NCBI GenBank assembly: GCA_030141605.1
Contig: JAQGDQ010001134.1
Coordinates: 1-60,100, forward strand
Reading direction: 5' to 3'
Length of the DNA: 60,100 bases
Source of the DNA: Tubiluchus corallicola
Lineage: Eukaryota > Animalia > Priapulida
Position numbers and translations under genes: made by a program. Below, piece after piece: positions 24,828-37,800 of the stretch (position 1 is the first letter of the stretch; the number at the start of each line of letters is the position of its first letter). Below the pieces are notes generated by a model, which was not told where the DNA came from, ran no database searches, and was given only the letters and a program-made list of their open reading frames with translations.

Positions 24828-27800
24828 TCATACAACTGGAACTTTTTGGTTTTGTTGCAAGGCTATGATTCGTTTTAGTGCCGGCTTCCGACGCTTTTTT
24901 GTTCGACATTTCTTGTAAAAATGGCTGATTATAAAAAATAGTCCACACAATGTTCCTAGAAATGCTAAAAATGGCAAAGTCTGCATGTTATCATTGTCAT
25001 TTGGTAACACAGCACTGTGAATACTTGTCCATGGTAGCACATTTTCATGAAAAACTACTGGATTATTGACATGCTCGGGAGCTATTATCATTTCATCGAT
25101 GTCAATAGACAGAAGCTTAACATGCTTGTACAAGTTTGTCGGGGCTGACTCGTTCAAAGGTTCGCTTGCCGTCCAAACTAAACCCGGACACAACGGCAAC
25201 GGCCTGGGTCGCTGTTCACCTAACTGATTCACCAACACCTTGGAATACTGTTGCAATTTATTGCCTTCCATTCGTTGAGGGATGTCGACCGAAGGTAGCA
25301 ACGTTACTTGTTGAAATTCTTCAAAAGATGGCGGAATCTTTCCGTAGGTAGTAAACTCCAGAAGAGCATCGAGAAGCCAAAAGCAGTCCTTCTGCATGTG
25401 ACTGTTGTCCAAGCAGTTTGAATCGCCATACACAACTATTCGACCGGAGGTGTCATTTTCGGCTCGCTTAGCAGGATACAGTCCCAGTATGGCTGCTTCC
25501 TTCGTCATCCCCGTTTCGCCAGTAATCACCTCGTGCCCCTGATCTTTCAAAGACTGCTTAACAACAAACCCATTTTCGGGAAACTTAGAAAGTGAAGTGC
25601 CCGACGCATAAAACATCTCGTGATCAGCTAATGTGTAATCTCCTTCGTAGACGCTGTCACCTAGACTGATCCCCCATGAGGACATTAACTCATTCAAAGC
25701 TGGAACGTTTGCACCACCAGTCTCGGGCATCCACCACTGACGAGTGTTCTCGTCATAAAATTTTACTTTTTTCATTACGGTGGTATTATACCAGTCGGCA
25801 AACACGAGCACTGATAAACCATTGTCGATGTCCTGTTTCAACTTTGCGATTTCCTCTGGAAAGTACTCCTCCTCAGCATCGACTAACAGTAAAGCCGCAT
25901 AATGCCTGGCTTCAAAGCAAGTAAATGGAGCACCTAGCACCTCGATGTAGTAGCCGCCGATTCGCAAATGTTGGTACATGTCTTTGAAATTGGTGTGTAT
26001 GTGATCACCATTCCAGTCCAACGGATCGTTCTTCATGCGCAGGTTGTCGCGGGGAAAATAACCCGGCGGATAACGCATGTTGTGGAACTGGTCCCACAGA
26101 AGGCGCTTGTTTCGCGGCGGAACCGGGATGACTTTCACACGTACCGGCAGCTTCAGTTTCGACTGCAGGGGTTCTGCAGTTTCGTCTGCAGATGGGGATT
26201 CGACGGTGAGAGAGATATATCCTTGGGCTATACCATCCCATTCTGCAGCAGTACTTGTTGCTATGATGGACACTGCTATGTAACCAGACCATGGCCATAA
26301 CACACTAGAATAGGAAATGGACACATCGAGATAGTCACCAAACTGGCGAACATAGGGATGCCATGTCGGCTCACCGACAATTTTACCAGTAACGCCCATT
26401 CCATTTAGTATAGTCACATTCACAACGGTTGGCATCCCAGTAAAGTATATAGGCTGTGAACAATATGGCCACATGTACGGGCATTCAGTTAAGTCAATGT
26501 AGCTCGGACTTAAACTAGCTTGGGGTTGGTACGAATTAAGTATTTGATATGCTTTGACGAGGTCCACTTTGCCGTGACCTTGTTCGAACATATTAGCGGT
26601 GGAAAGTCTGCTCGCAGAAGCCATGAGTGCTTGTTTCATGCTCGCTGGGTTGATAACATCAGAACGATGCAAGACTGCACTGTAGAGGAGCGTAACGACG
26701 CCTGCAACGACTGGCGAGGCAACACTAGTGCCGGACAATGACCGGCAACCCCCTTTCAAGTTTGAACCACGCACACCAGAGCCGTAGGTGACGATATCGG
26801 GTTTCAAACGGCCATATCCACTTGGTAGTTCCCATGTGGTCATTCCACGCGAAGAAAATCTAGCCACCTGATCTTCGAAATTTATGCCGCCTACGCCGAT
26901 GACATCCATTTGGTCGGCCGGATTATTCAAAGTACCGTAGAGTGGCCCATCGTTGCCAATGGCCGAAATCATTATGACTTTGTTCGCGGTCAACTCCCAC
27001 ACTTTATCCACGAAGGGGTGATCCATGAAATCAGGCCCTCCAATGCTCAGATTGAGAACGTTTATCTTTTTCAGGATTGCGTAATTAAATGCATCAAGAA
27101 ACCAGGACGTGTAGGACACTTGGTTATTGGTGAATACACGAAATATGTAAATGTCTGCATCAGGAGCGAAGCCGACACATTCAGTGCTGCTGCCGATAAC
27201 ACCAGCCACAAACGTTCCATGGCCTAAGCCGTCATCCAACGTCTTTTCGTTAGTCCAATTTGTTCTCTCTTTAATTTTTTTGAAGTGCGGGTGTTGGTCG
27301 CCGAGGCCAGTGTCGAAGATCGCAACTTTGACTCCGGCACCCGTATACCCCATATCCCACAAGACGTTGGCGTGCAGAGCGCTAGTGATCTGACGCGGGA
27401 CGGCTCGCAACAATCGGCGGCTTGTATGCCGCCCGGTTGCATGCCAGAACGCGGTTGCAAACGACAAACTTGAGCGCCCTCTGTGAAGACTTTGCAACTC
27501 ACACGTTTTATTATCGACACCATGGCACGGATTAGATGCGGGAATATTTTCGTCGGAATTTACTTCGTTCACGTCTTTCTTTAACGATCTTATCACACTT
27601 CTTTGCGGAGTCACACACTTGACGTTTGGGTGCTCTAGCAAAGCTTTGAGTGCGACATCATATTCCTCCGCTGGCAGTTTCAAAATGTCGAAATCGCTTG
27701 GAAACGAAGCGGCTGGATTCGTTCTTGGTATGATCTTCCATTCGGAGATGTTTTTGGCTTTTAAAACAGATGATATAAAATTCTGTCTTTCCGATTTTTC

Positions 27801-27953
27801 GAAGTAATCGTCGAAAGTGATGATGTATTCATTTTCGACTACGGACGATTCAAATTCCACGGCATCATGCGCCACAGCTATCAGCTTTGAGTGTTCAAGA
27901 AACGCGTCAAACACTAGCAAGAATAATATGACATATGGGCGTGCATGCCACAT
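24828..27953 (-). CDS. MBTPS1: Membrane-bound transcription factor site-1 protease (S1P/SKI-1), 1041 aa, single coding exon
   Basis: Signal peptide; autoprocessing motifs RSLK and RRLL-RAVP; subtilase triad motifs FDTG, GHGT, GTSVASP; conserved [17 protein letters not shown]; C-terminal TM helix and basic tail. Confidence 0.98.
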   Translation of the reverse strand: MWHARPYVILFLLVFDAFLEHSKLIAVAHDAVEFESSVVENEYIITFDDYFEKSERQNFISSVLKAKNISEWKIIPRTNPAASFPSDFDILKLPAEEYDVALKALLEHPNVKCVTPQRSVIRSLKKDVNEVNSDENIPASNPCHGVDNKTCELQSLHRGRSSLSFATAFWHATGRHTSRRLLRAVPRQITSALHANVLWDMGYTGAGVKVAIFDTGLGDQHPHFKKIKERTNWTNEKTLDDGLGHGTFVAGVIGSSTECVGFAPDADIYIFRVFTNNQVSYTSWFLDAFNYAILKKINVLNLSIGGPDFMDHPFVDKVWELTANKVIMISAIGNDGPLYGTLNNPADQMDVIGVGGINFEDQVARFSSRGMTTWELPSGYGRLKPDIVTYGSGVRGSNLKGGCRSLSGTSVASPVVAGVVTLLYSAVLHRSDVINPASMKQALMASASRLSTANMFEQGHGKVDLVKAYQILNSYQPQASLSPSYIDLTECPYMWPYCSQPIYFTGMPTVVNVTILNGMGVTGKIVGEPTWHPYVRQFGDYLDVSISYSSVLWPWSGYIAVSIIATSTAAEWDGIAQGYISLTVESPSADETAEPLQSKLKLPVRVKVIPVPPRNKRLLWDQFHNMRYPPGYFPRDNLRMKNDPLDWNGDHIHTNFKDMYQHLRIGGYYIEVLGAPFTCFEARHYAALLLVDAEEEYFPEEIAKLKQDIDNGLSVLVFADWYNTTVMKKVKFYDENTRQWWMPETGGANVPALNELMSSWGISLGDSVYEGDYTLADHEMFYASGTSLSKFPENGFVVKQSLKDQGHEVITGETGMTKEAAILGLYPAKRAENDTSGRIVVYGDSNCLDNSHMQKDCFWLLDALLEFTTYGKIPPSFEEFQQVTLLPSVDIPQRMEGNKLQQYSKVLVNQLGEQRPRPLPLCPGLVWTASEPLNESAPTNLYKHVKLLSIDIDEMIIAPEHVNNPVVFHENVLPWTSIHSAVLPNDNDNMQTLPFLAFLGTLCGLFFIISHFYKKCRTKKRRKPALKRIIALQQNQKVPVV

Positions 27954-27989
27954 CGTGCGCTGACAACCAAGGCCCGTGTCCTGGACAAG

Positions 27990-28042
27990 TTAATTTCCTC
28001 TTAATCCATTTTCAATTATCTGCTGCAACATTGAGCCATCCT
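27990..28042 (-). promoter_or_regulatory. MBTPS1 5'UTR splice acceptor (AG at 28042-28041) followed by three uORFs
   Basis: Minus strand tcttttatttgcag|GATGGCT...; uORFs 28039-28016, 28031-27990, 28009-28001. Confidence 0.6.
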
Positions 28043-28138
28043 GCAAATAAAAGAACATTTAGCTGTGGACAATGAATTGGCAAGAGACTCTAAACTACTG
28101 AAACAACAAACACTTTGTAACTTTATAAACCTTGAATA

Positions 28139-28257
28139 ACTACGGCCAAATAACGTTGAAAACACCGGTTCTCGTCTGATCACCAAAGTTAAGCAACGTA
28201 GAGCCAGGTTAGTGCTTGGATGGATGACCGCCTAGGAATACCAGGTGCTATAGGCTT
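28139..28257 (+). pseudogene. Near full-length 5S rRNA-derived sequence (SINE head)
   Basis: CTACGGCCA...GTTGAAAACACCGGTTCTCGTCTGATCACC.AAGTTAAGCAACG...GGTTAGTGCTTGGATGGATGACCGCCTAGGAATACCAGGTGCTATAGGCTT matches the metazoan 5S pattern with several substitutions; no oligo-T terminator follows. Confidence 0.9.
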
Positions 28258-28630
28258 GCGGGATACCCGCACTGTGTCTTGACACTAGGCGGAGGAGCTG
28301 CACAAGCAGCCAACGGCTAGAGGGCGGAGGATCAAGTGACCCAACGGCCATGTGTAGAGGAACCTTCCAAATCAGGAGTGGAGCCCCGAAGGCGGACCAG
28401 TGCAGAATGCTCACTAACTCCGGCAGCTCATGCAGCCAACCTGGTGCCAAACGTATCGCTCTGCTTTCCTTTGGACTACACCAGGGAGGAAGAGAGGGGG
28501 TTCCTGCGGTCTGGGCAACTCAGGATCTCCACACACCTTGCCCAGGCGTGCGCCCCGGAGACGTTCAAGGATCGGACTCTCTTGGCACACATTCCATTGT
28601 CTTCCGAGACAGAAGGATGCCAACGACAAC
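28139..28630 (+). mobile_element. 5S rRNA-headed SINE (SINE3 class), 12-bp TSD AAACCTTGAATA
   Basis: 5S head 28139-28257, about 370-bp GC-rich body, caacgacaac tail; AAACCTTGAATA at 28127-28138 and 28631-28642. Confidence 0.85.
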
Positions 28631-30069
28631 AAACCTTGAATATTGCACATGGTATATCTTAAAATTTCAAGGAGAAGAAACGGGATTTTACAGTATATCC
28701 CAAAAAACATTCCTTACAAAGTTATATTAGTCACCTGTTTGAAAGATTTATGTAATTGGAAAAGAAAATTCTTAATAATTTAAAATATTCGCGCACTTGG
28801 TAAAATGCTTATTACCATCCCAATGCGCACCACTGGCTCACAGAAAAATATGTCAATGATCTTATAAAGCTTGTAATATAAAGACTTATAATATAAGGTA
28901 TTTAACACTTTTGCTTAGTTAGCAAAGAGCGTGTTAGGAATGCTCTGATTATGTTTTCAAACTTTATGCAAAAATATTTTTACTTGTTTCCTCGTTTCAA
29001 ACTTACACTTAAAATGGTTGCACCTGACAGTCAGCGTGGGAGATTAAATTTTCAAGTTTTATACAGCGTAACTGCTAATGCAAGTTCAGTGTAGAAAACT
29101 TTGGTATGAATTTTTGAACTTTATTTATGAAGCAGGTTTTCTTGTGCTTTAAAAAACAATCAATCCTCATTTAAAAAGTGCAGTCTTAAAAATTCTTAAT
29201 TCGGTTGATATTTTCATTACTGTTTGTGTCCAAGATTTATTTAACTTAGCTAACATATAAACATTCAGACAAATACGGATTAGTGCATTTCTGTAACAAC
29301 TTAAGAATAACTTAATTACAATTACATTAAAATTAAAGTTATGTGGCTGAGGAGACCAAAAAATGGCAATACAACCACCTTAATTAAAGTCCACCTTGAG
29401 AAAAAATGGAAAAGAAGAGAAGGATTGACGAAGAGGACTAAAGTCTGGGAAGGAAGGAACAGAGAACAGGGAAAACTGTGTCGATGCGAAAACTGATGCT
29501 GCGCCAACAACGACGACATTCACAATACGATAATAATAATAACAATAATCAGTGCACTTGACTTTGCTATGCCTTTATAATGCAAATTTTTGCCAACTTT
29601 TTGAGTGAATAATTGTTTGATTTTCTGCACATTAATCTTCAAGTCAAACTTATTACACTTGTACGAAATTTGCTTAAATTAAATTCTTTTCACAGGTTGA
29701 TAGTACTATAAATATTTTGCACATTTAATAATTAGATATTTTTACATATTTAAAAACTAATAATTGATTTTTATTGTTGAAATTACATTACATTTTACAT
29801 TAAGTTCGCACTTTCAGACTTTTGATTGTAAAAGTAGAGGCAAAATTTGATTGTATATTGTTTTCTCATATATATAATGAGATACACATATATCTTCTTT
29901 CTTCTTTTCTTACAACATTTGTGGGCGCTATTACACTTTCGCACCGCCTAGCTTTTTATAGGTTATTACTCGTTTTTAGGCTCGTAAGTCATCATTCTAT
30001 TATTCTTACGTCATCAGTGAATGTTTCCGCTGATCTAATTGTAATTTAATAATATATTTAGGTATAATT

Positions 30070-30498
30070 ACCAATAATTACGCTGTATTCACAGTTCTAC
30101 GCCTATACAGGGCGTATCGCCATCTTGTTTGTGTGTGTAGTCACGTGACAAATTTCGTACTAGTTTATGCATTATCAAGGCCTAGCTTAAAAGGCACGTG
30201 ACACACTTTCATCTTGACCGCATTCACGAAATAAAGAAAAAACCTTTACTTTTTTATAATCTAATAGTAATAATACTACAGTAATAAATAAAATTAATGA
30301 TAAATAACTGTTCCGTTCCAGGCCCACCCGCGATACGATACAAACTCCCGTAGCTGCAACCCTAATAATCATAAATTATGCGAAAAAACTAAAAATACAG
30401 GTTAAGGGCCATACACGTCACTGCGCGAGAGCGATTGCGCAATACTGGTGTAAACACGGTTATTCACGTGCAGCTTTTAATGGCGGCTGTAGGTAAGT
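30070..30498. promoter_or_regulatory. Candidate bidirectional promoter and first non-coding exons for MBTPS1 (minus) and TWNK (plus)
   Basis: Divergent YY1-like motifs (CAAGATGGCG minus, about 30118-30127; AATGGCGGC plus, 30479-30487), each followed by a donor-like site (GTAATT minus about 30071/30081; AG|GTAAGT at 30493). CACGTG boxes at about 30142, 30195, 30465; CpG-enriched. Confidence 0.5.
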
Positions 30499-30536
30499 AA
30501 TGCATGATTTTAATCTGGACTTATAAAGCGCAAGAA

Positions 30537-30810
30537 GCAATAATATTATGGGAATATGGTGTATATTACGCCTGTTGGTCTGCTTTCTGGCCTGCAGGCG
30601 TGAAAACAACCAATAGGCCAGGAAAAGCTAGGCGGTGCGAAAGTGTAATAGCGCCTATGACTTTAATTTGTAATTGTAAGGCCTAAAAACCAATAATATT
30701 ATGGGAATATGGTGTATATTACGCCTGTTGGTCTGCTTCCTGGCTTGCAGGCGTGAAAACAAACAATAGGGCAGAAAAAACTAGGAGGTGCGAAAGTGTA
30801 ATAGTGCCCA
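30537..30810. repeat. Tandem duplication (about 120-bp homology, about 153-bp period)
   Basis: caataatattatgggaatatggtgtatattacgcctgttggtctgc...gtgcgaaagtgtaatag occurs twice; a related reverse fragment lies near 29920-29980. Confidence 0.8.
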
Positions 30811-31749
30811 TTTGTGCTAACTTGTTAATAAACGTTCCTGGAGTACAATGTGTCCAAAAAGAAAGCAATAGAAATAAACTTATTACCCTTTCAAACTTCA
30901 TTGCTAAATACAATGATAAATCAAAACAAATTACTAAACACAACAAGCAGTCGTTAATTCATGATTGCTTCTCTGCTGCTAACAAATGGGATTAAAATAA
31001 TTTCTTTATTAACATCGTTTCTTTAAAGATGGAAAATACGCAACTCGAAAACAGAGAGTATTACATGCAAAGCCGGCAAACATAACCGTCCTCCGTGCTG
31101 TTTGTGAGGATAACTGTCTTCTTCAAACGACCACTACATCTAGATTTAGCTAATACCTTTTCTGCCTACGTAGTACGTTTTGTAGATTTTCTACATTTTC
31201 AAATGAATTTAATAACAATAGCTTTTATTAGAGCTTCACACTTATGTACCGCAGTTACTTATTTAACAGCAAAACTAATTACTGTCTGTAAAATTTTGTG
31301 TTAAATATTATAAGGTACAAGAAACTCATATCTTTTAGTTCCACTGTCTGCATTTCAAAACAAACACTCCTGACCGCAATGTTAAATTTGTCCAAGTTTC
31401 GCTACAATCAACTCGTACCACAAAAGAAATTACCATTAATCTACACATTAAACATCATTCCTGCGGTGACTTATAACCGATAGTTTCCTCCTTTCCTATA
31501 ATTCGTTAAAATATGCATGGTCATCCTTCCATGTTATTTTTACATTAATTTGACATGACATTATATTTTTGCACTTATTAGTTAACCGATCACCTCATCA
31601 TCATAATGATAGACCATTACGTCTATTGTAGTAATGGTCAGGGAGAGTTTACTGAGACAAAATAAAAGAAAATGTCCTCAAGATATGTAAACACAGCAAC
31701 AATCCAGCAACAAACAAGACGCTGATATGCCAATAGCATTTCTGAGCAA

Positions 31750-32850
31750 ATATTTTTAATTCTCGCTTCCTAACTTAAAAATTAATTATGAGGTTTGCTT
31801 TCTATCCTTTCATTTTTGGCATTACGTAATTTGTTTTCTCGAATTCAAATCTCATTTTCTTTGATACTACAATTTCTCCAGAATTTTCCAGTATGTTTGC
31901 TGTACTGCTTCTTTAGATACCAATCCCTGTATGTCATCGACCAATTAATTCGCAATAATATCTCCATTTCTAAAGCTGGACCAATAATGTTTATGTATAA
32001 CTCAATTTGCTGCGTCTATATAGTTCTGTTAACAACAACACTGCACAACATAGGCCCGAACGGTGCGCCTTGTCTTACTGTCTGTACTTCTGCTGTATTG
32101 CCATCAACAATCTCGTAACTATGTACATCATGTTAAAGCAGTTTCCTAAATCACTAAAAACTAAGTATACACCATTAATAAATTTGTGATCTTTAATATA
32201 TTATTATTAAATGTCACAATTATATTCTAATGTTTTTCTGATTAGATCAGACGGATTTCTAATTTTTCATCTTCCAGACTGTAAGCTGCTAATATTCATT
32301 AACTAAATTTTTTGTTTCTCAGTTTTTATTAATATGTTTTTGCAAAGCTTAGTTACTTACAATTATGCTAGTTAAATATATTCCTTCTACTTTTTTGCCT
32401 TTTATTATTGCACTTTATAATTACATCGGTTTAATTGTCACTTCTGCCACTCATAAGGATTAACAACTATTTTTATGAAACATTAATGACGAACCTTTCA
32501 TCAAAGTCATCATCTGCAATAATATACCCTTTTTCTTTCTCCATTGGTGTTTATCTCGTGATTTTCTTTCCCTTAATTCTTTAATTTTGTTTCTGTAATC
32601 TCTTGTTATCACTAATTGATTGTTTTCACCTGCTACCAGCTATCTGGCCTTCCCATTTACATGCAATTTGGCCATTTTTTTCATTGTGTTGCTTTTAAGA
32701 GACTCTCGCAGTATTTCTCAAACACACTTAAAATGTTACCACTGATCTTCTTCTATTAACTTCATCAATTTCATCTTAAATGCGTTGCCACCATATCTTC
32801 TTTTCAAATCATCAAAATCTGTTTGTGAGAAATGCTGGTCATAATATATT
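31750..32850 (-). mobile_element. Highly decayed LINE RT fragment
   Basis: Minus-strand VQTVRQGAPFGPMLCSV (about 32040-32090) resembles VRQGTVLGPLLC of the LINE at 6.8 kb; strong purine skew on the minus strand; boundaries approximate. Confidence 0.55.
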
Positions 32851-32930
32851 TTCGTGTTAAAGACCAAGAAATTCTTCTACTGTAATTATTTTAACTGGTT
32901 TCAAAACGTTATCAAAATTTTGTTAATCAA

Positions 32931-32933
<3 letters not shown>

Positions 32934-32992
<59 letters not shown>

Positions 32993-33014
32993 ACGCGCAC
33001 GCACGTGCGTGTGT
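32934..33014. repeat. (GT)n microsatellite
   Basis: Long perfect GT run followed by GCAC repeats. Confidence 0.95.
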
Positions 33015-34879
33015 TTGTTTGTTTTTATAATAATTATTATTGTATAATTTTGTAAATTTAATTTACAATTGTATATAAACTAAATGTGTTGCCACAACTA
33101 GGGCCTTATCGTGAACAAGCATGTTATCCTCTATGAGTTTACCTTGTAAAAATATTTTCTAATAAAATAAATAAATAAATTAATTAATTAAATTACTGTT
33201 AAATTGCTAAAAAGAGATTTTTAACATGTTGTTGTATCACTGTGATTGTAATCACCATCATCATCATTATGATTAGTTGTTGTTACTATGATTATTATTA
33301 TTAATAATATTATTGATGTAGTTGTTGTTCTGCTGCTGCTGTTGTTGTTGTGTTATTAATCTTGCTATTACTGTACATGTGTATAGAGATCATGTCAACC
33401 TGTTCAATAAATAAATTCTATGTAAATCAAATTTGACACCTTTAGATTTAGCGTAAATTTTCCGTATTGCTGGCTAGGTATAACGTAAATATACTTTCCC
33501 GCCAGAGAGATGTGATTTTGAGGGATTGAAGAAGTATGATTTGGACGATTTCTTGAACTCTCGGTAGCAGCGTTTAATTAGAATAGGATAGTTAATGAAT
33601 AATGACGTCGGCAACTGGATAGTTTTTCAGCATTCTTAGCAGTTTACACAGGAAGGTGTGGTTATAGATCAGTTTGTTTCTTTTGCTAAGCTTTTTTGAG
33701 AACAGAATTTTTTATTTGAGGCACGAAATGGGCGACCGTGTATTGCAGACTTGCATGATCAATCGGTTGACCAGATGCAGCAGTATCACAATTAAATGTA
33801 GTTACCTTTTCGGTCATTAAAAACCTGCACTTGACTGTAGGCTATACTATAGTATACTGATTACTGGATAGTGTTAAAGTTGGTGAGCTTGTTAATTATA
33901 TTCAGTCCTTTGTTTACTGTTACACTTGTAGTTGCCTTTAGCCTTACTTTGTTCATGAGTTAATTCACATGAAATAAATGTGATTGTGGGTAGCATGCTT
34001 CACCTCCCAGCAAGACTAGTGCTTGTAAAAACAGAAAGTTTCTGTTTTTAGATATTTGTCTAGTTATATTTGAAGTTTGTCATATGTGTAACACTGATAA
34101 CGTCTTCTGGTAAAGAATTCTACACAGTACATCCTCGCTTAACGACTCCCCGTTTAACGACGCTCAACATTTGACACCTTTTTCTCGCTTAACGATTCAC
34201 GTTTCATTTTAGTCAATTTTTTTACTTTGCTCACAACCATTTTTTATTTTTTCAACAACTTGCGTTACAAATTGCGTTATTTTGCTGCAAAAACGCATTA
34301 GTAACCTAAACAGTGAATTACTATAATGCTTTTGCTTTCCGACTGGCTATATACTAAATTCTAGCTATTTATTGCTATAACAACCAGATTAGTACTAAAT
34401 GAAATTGTCTCAAGGTCACTCGATGCAGAGCCTGGCTTTCGCTGCGTAGTATTTAACATCCAGTGTTTAAATGGGAGGAGAAATTGCTAGCAAGTCTAGC
34501 TAGATACTAAAGTAAACTAGATAGTAGAGACAATAGTGTTACACGTTTATTTCCGTCCATCTTGGCTCGTTGAACAAGTAACAATACGCAACTTAATTCC
34601 GTCCAACTTTCAAGCAAACGAAAGAAATTAATCAGTAAATATCTATATCTATCAGCTCTCCTGTATTACCATTTATAGCAGTGCAGTGCTGCCCTCTCGT
34701 GTTAGAAGTATTACTAATGAAGCAGGTATAATAGACATTATAAACTAATAAATAAACTTATGATCAAAATTAACTGAATTAACATTTTATCTGTTTTGTA
34801 GCCTATAGACCTATTTAAAGCCTAAGGTGACTGCATAAGTGTCTAGTCTAGTCTAGTCTGCTGTGATTGTCAGTCTGCC

Positions 34880-37800
34880 ATGTCTCACTGCTGCTTAACT
34901 GGCAACATGCTACTCTGTCGAAAACTCACATGGTGCCAAAGAAGACATTTTTACCTGACGCTAAAGACCGACAAGCATTCATTCTGCCTTGCTGTACCGT
35001 CTTGTCCGCTTTCTTCCCCCAAACCTAGAAGGCCATTAGTGAAGTCGACAGCGGAAACCGGGAGGTCATTGTTGAAGCCGATCCTAGGAGGTGCGCAAGT
35101 GAGAAGGTATGCCAAGTCCGTAGACATGGAGAGCATGATGCCGGTCACGTTTACCGACATCAAGAAGTTTCTCAATGAGAGCGAGATCAAGTTTGAGCAA
35201 GGGCACACCTGCTTGCGACTTACCTGTCCTCTGGGCTGCAGGAAGTCCCCGAATGCCATGGACAGCTTCTTTATTAATATGACTACAGGTATGCTTATCT
35301 TTTATAGTTAATTTGTGCAACTAATCCTCATTATAATGTTCAGACTAACCTATAGTTTCTAATAGTTGTGTGATACGTATATAGTGCTCACATATACCTA
35401 TGTCTTCTTGGAACAAGCAACAGATATCAGTACCAATATCAAAATTAAATGTAGAACTCTGCCTATTCTGCTCTGTAGAAAATTTTGTGTTTTTATTGAA
35501 ATCGCACTGACCATAAAAACAATTTATTTCTGTCTCATTCCATGAGCTCAAAATATTTCAGTAGGGAGGGAGGAATAAAAATTTTTAAAACATTTGTGAA
35601 CATTTAAAGCTGAATCCTGAGATATTTAATATCAGTTGAAATCAAAGTTTGTTTATTTCCCACTGATCAGCAGTAATGTTTTCAATTTTTTCATTGCACA
35701 TTTTTTCGCACTTTGTTTTTGTTGTGCAGATCGCTGGCATCTATTAGAATTAAATAGAACATTGTAGAATGTTCCGTTAGAATAATTGTCTTACCGTGTA
35801 GAATGTTCTGGAACAAAACTTCTAGAAACTTCTCGGGCACCCTATATAAGGCGAAGCAGGCCGCTGAGACGGGAGCACACGGATTCACTCGGACGCCACT
35901 TACACATTCTCTTGTATACTTGCATTTTCAGATACACTCAAACGTTTTCCAAATTTTCACGTTTAGTGTAAACATTTCGCATTCCTTCATACTTTTGTGT
36001 TGTAGAAATCTCGCTTAATAAACTAGTTTAATTTGACGAAGTGTTTTCTGGTTTTCTCTACGAGCCTTCCGAGAGAAACAAAACACAACAGTTTTTTTTT
36101 GCATTAAACTAATGTATAATTATCGATTATTATGTAGTCTCTTTTTTGTTATTTCGTGTCATGAACGTGTATGTTCTGGTAATTATAGTATAAGCGGCAA
36201 CACTACTCGGCCAGTTTGGCGGAAGATTCAATACTTTCTAGCCTCCAATAGAATGAGCATCATACAAAATGGCAATCCTGGCCGAGAGTTGGCCGCAGAA
36301 AAACATGGCCGCTTCCTGCATTCCCCGAAAGAACTAATTACACTCAACCCTCGTTAAACCGGACTAATTGGGGGGTGGGTGGTCCTGTTTAGCTGATTGT
36401 CCGATTTATCTGATATGCCTATATATGGTCTATATTATACAGGAATAATCACCTTAATAAGGCCTATATACATTGCACTATATACATTGCACTATATACT
36501 ATACTGTATATTACTTTAAAATAGTTAACCTGTGAGGATAAAGAAATTATTGTACAGTTGGTAGGCCGTGTTGTGTTTAGCGCTCGGGCTCGGACGGAAA
36601 TCGGTCAGTTTCCTTTACCACGGATGACGTCCGCTTATCCGATATCCGGGCTAACGGGGTCCAGTTTAGCTAGGGTCAACTGTATTGTGTTTTATGTTTT
36701 AAATTAAAAAATACGCTTTTGTGTGACTGCGTCAAGTAATGAACGTACACAAAAATACAAAATTTTATGCCTGGTGTGCGATAAAAAACTATTACCCGGG
36801 CGATTAGACAGAAACAGAAGTATTTTTACTGTCGGCCTCATCACTACTCTCAGCAGTTGAGGATGTTCACTGCTCAACTGCTCTCAGGTCACCTAAATCA
36901 CTGTCCATTCACGCAGTTTTCTCCCTAATTTGCAAATTCACCTAATTCCAGTCTTATCATTTTGTGTTTATATCACGTTTGCAATAATATTTCATGTTTA
37001 AACGGCATTGAAGCAAAAACATCACTGCAGTGTGACAGCCATGAGTTGATCATAAAATATGTGATTGCATAGCAAGATTGTCCATAAGTCGGTATTAAGC
37101 TTTTCTAGTTATTCACATATCCTGAATCTCTATTTCATCAGGATCATTTTGATACCAAGTTCATCACTCTATGTTATTTCTAAGCTGAGATAATCCACGT
37201 TGAAGTTGAGGTGCAGTCTACGCATAGAAAAACACAACCTTGAGAAAATCACTGTTAAAGTCAGCCCCTGTTTTTTGTCGCATTACGTTACATTACATTA
37301 CGTTACATTACATTATATTATATTATATTCTTCTCATTTAAATTTATACATATAATAATGTACAATGTTTCTTTAAGATGATAAACACTACATCGAGAGG
37401 GGAGGCTGACTACAGTCATCAGGTCATTTAGCACCCCCCCCCCCCTTTGTATGACATTAATATCAATTTAGTTAATCGAGTGACACTGTTAGTATCTTGT
37501 TGCAAGACATGTTTAATAGATATCTATATTATAAATTTATAATAGAAATTGTGTTCGTAACTAAAAGATCATTTTGATACCAAGTTCATCACTCTATATT
37601 ATTTCTAAGCTGAGATAATCCACGTTGAAGTTGAGGTGCAGGTTACACACTGAAGGATGGTCATTCTATTGGTTTTTTTAGTGATAATTTGATGCTAGAA
37701 TATAAAAGTCCAGTATGTTTAACGTTTGTTTTTATAAAATCTTGATCAAATTTTTGATGCGTTTTAATTTGAAGCATCAACGTAGTTTTAAGTGTACTGA

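Noticed and set aside
25136-27807. Short antisense and alternative-frame ORFs within MBTPS1
   Set aside because: Expected shadows of a long, relatively GC-rich CDS.
28139-28257. Functional 5S rRNA gene
   Set aside because: Single copy, several substitutions, no oligo-T terminator, and enclosed with a body and tail inside a 12-bp TSD.
28232-28730. Five overlapping ORFs of 69-126 aa
   Set aside because: They overlie the GC-rich SINE body; no recognisable protein features.
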